From positions 124,001 through 188,000 of the forward strand of contig ML978133.1 of NCBI GenBank assembly GCA_010015805.1: a DNA stretch of 64,000 bases, written 5' to 3'. Made by a program: the position numbers and the translations under genes. The notes beneath the pieces are model-generated. The model made no database searches. It was not told where the DNA came from and saw only the letters and a program-made list of their open reading frames with translations. Positions 62,508-64,000 of the stretch are shown here, piece after piece. Position 1 is the stretch's first letter. Every line of letters starts with the position of its first letter. The DNA comes from Rhizodiscina lignyota (taxonomy: Eukaryota).

Positions 62508-62897
62508 TTAGCCAGGCTGTGGTCCGATTAGAGATTGCCTTCTTTGAGCTTAAAGGATGGCATACGCAGCTGGCCCCAGGGCCATTGTTAGAATGACAGC
62601 TTTGACCATTGCTGCAAACAGAACCGGACGTGCACTAAATAAGGGAGATGTAAAGTTAGCTTATGGTGTTTAACTGGAGAAAAGATAGTTATAGCATCTT
62701 GAAGCTGAATGACGTACGCATTGTCCTAGACCTGGATCGCCATTGACTTGACACAATATTGGGGCGAAACCGCTGCCGCCACACTCCGAGTCGGCCACAC
62801 AGCTGCTGGCAAGTTGGCGCTCGAGGACTTGAGCTGAACCAAGGACTTGGGCTGAACCGAGGGCAGCGAGGAGGACTAAATGAAATACAGAACGCAT
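62508..62897 (-). CDS. Small secreted cysteine-rich protein (~86 aa, 8 Cys; 2 predicted introns)
   Basis: MRSVFHLVLLAALGSAQ signal; CVADSEC...LC...GQC|CTSGSVCSNGQSCHSNNGPGASC|PG*; introns GTACGT..TTTAG and GTATGC..CTAAT..ACAG. Confidence 0.7.
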
Positions 62898-64000
62898 TTT
62901 TAGCTGCTTTGGTGGGAGTCGTGCGGATGCAATCGCTGTGGTATGGAATGCTTCTGAGAATGTCTCGCCATAGGGAAGTATCCCTTTTTATACCGGGAGA
63001 CCACGGCTGAATGTTTGAACCATCTCTCAACTCAGAGGGATATCTCCCCAGAAACTGGAAGTAACCTTCGAAGTTCCTTTAGCCGCTTTGCGAAAAGTCG
63101 ACTTGCATATGAGTCTAACGTAAGACTTCGCATGCTCTTACTAAGCGTTGACATTGAACTTTGATCTCGTAGATCGATAACTCTTTAAGGAGGAGATAAT
63201 TCTACAATATCCAGGCGTTGTTGTTTCCCTTACAGATTTTTCCTGACCCTGCAGTCATCCCCATATGCGGAGGCGGGGCGGGCCGGACATGATTTTGCCT
63301 AATTGCAGCATTACCTTACAATTGTATCTGGCCCCTATATGTCCTATAAGGCACCTTCATCCCTTTTCTTAAACAGCATTCAGCCGAAGAAACAGGCAGG
63401 CCGCCCTGGAACCCCTAGCATCCAAACCGAGTCAACCGAATCTATAAATGCCATTCAGTCTTTGGCCGGCCAACGTCCTTCCCAAACAAGTACACTCTTC
63501 AGACATAGGACACAAGATGACGCGGGGAAGCTGGATGTAGATCTAAATACACGAGGAAAGCTGCATTTGACGGACGTTAAAAAGATGGAAGAGTATAGGC
63601 TAAGAGACCGTAGACGAATTTGGACTGAGAAGTAACTTGAAGATGCAAACGAGGATTCCAACCGAGCCCAAAAACCGAAAGAAATTCATCACCCCTGTTC
63701 GGCTGCCCGTGGGCCGGGGAATCGAACATAAGCGAATTAACATGTCCGCCGCATCGGAACAGGTCCAATCCTAAGGACAGGAAAACACAGAGCGATACTG
63801 AGCCCCCAAGCAACGTCCAACATTACTCGGCCTCTTCTCAAATTGTTCCAGGTTGAGGGAATCCTTCCATCAGCGTCATGACGACACGGAGTAGGGATCC
63901 TGGCGATCGGGCTCCTGATCCTGTCCACTGGTTAGACCGTTCCAAGGTCAGCTAACATGTCATTCGATTCAATTCGATTTCCCCGGCATGTCGTCTATGA

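Noticed and set aside
62508..62897. Hydrophobin call for the 8-Cys protein
   Set aside because: Only one CC pair; hydrophobins have two.
1..64000. CRISPR arrays, rRNA/tRNA genes, telomeric repeats, PKS/NRPS backbone genes
   Set aside because: None recognisable by eye; tRNAscan/Infernal would be needed to exclude small RNAs.

Overview
Intron-containing, gene-dense DNA from a filamentous ascomycete (GT..CTRAY..YAG introns mostly 50-70 nt, Zn2Cys6 transcription factors, RIP-like mutation). About 21 protein-coding genes can be reconstructed. Left: a Kin1/MARK kinase, a DUF1604/GPATCH1-like gene, a RIP-inactivated pogo/Fot1 DNA transposon (45-bp TIRs, TA duplication) carrying a nested un-RIPed 171-bp solo LTR, an orphan gene and a UBE2S-like E2. 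16.6-31 kb: a putative glycoside/sugar catabolic cluster (ABM-like barrel protein, sugar porter, Zn2Cys6 TF, GH2 beta-mannosidase-like enzyme with a PTS2-like N-terminus, Gfo/Idh/MocA oxidoreductase, PhyH/KanJ-like Fe/2OG dioxygenase). Then DNA2, a mitochondrial 2-oxodicarboxylate carrier and a Baeyer-Villiger monooxygenase. 41-50 kb looks accessory: a HeLo (HET-S-type cell-death) domain fused to a Sec2 Rab-GEF coiled-coil motif (the most unusual element), an F-box protein, a Cys-rich GPI-type protein, a DUF3433-like protein and a secreted metallo-beta-lactamase-fold protein. Right: a Zn2Cys6 TF, GST, GH55 exo-beta-1,3-glucanase, acyl-CoA carboxyltransferase and a small 8-Cys secreted protein. 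All family calls come from motif recognition by eye, not database searches. Exon boundaries are manual and some are approximate.
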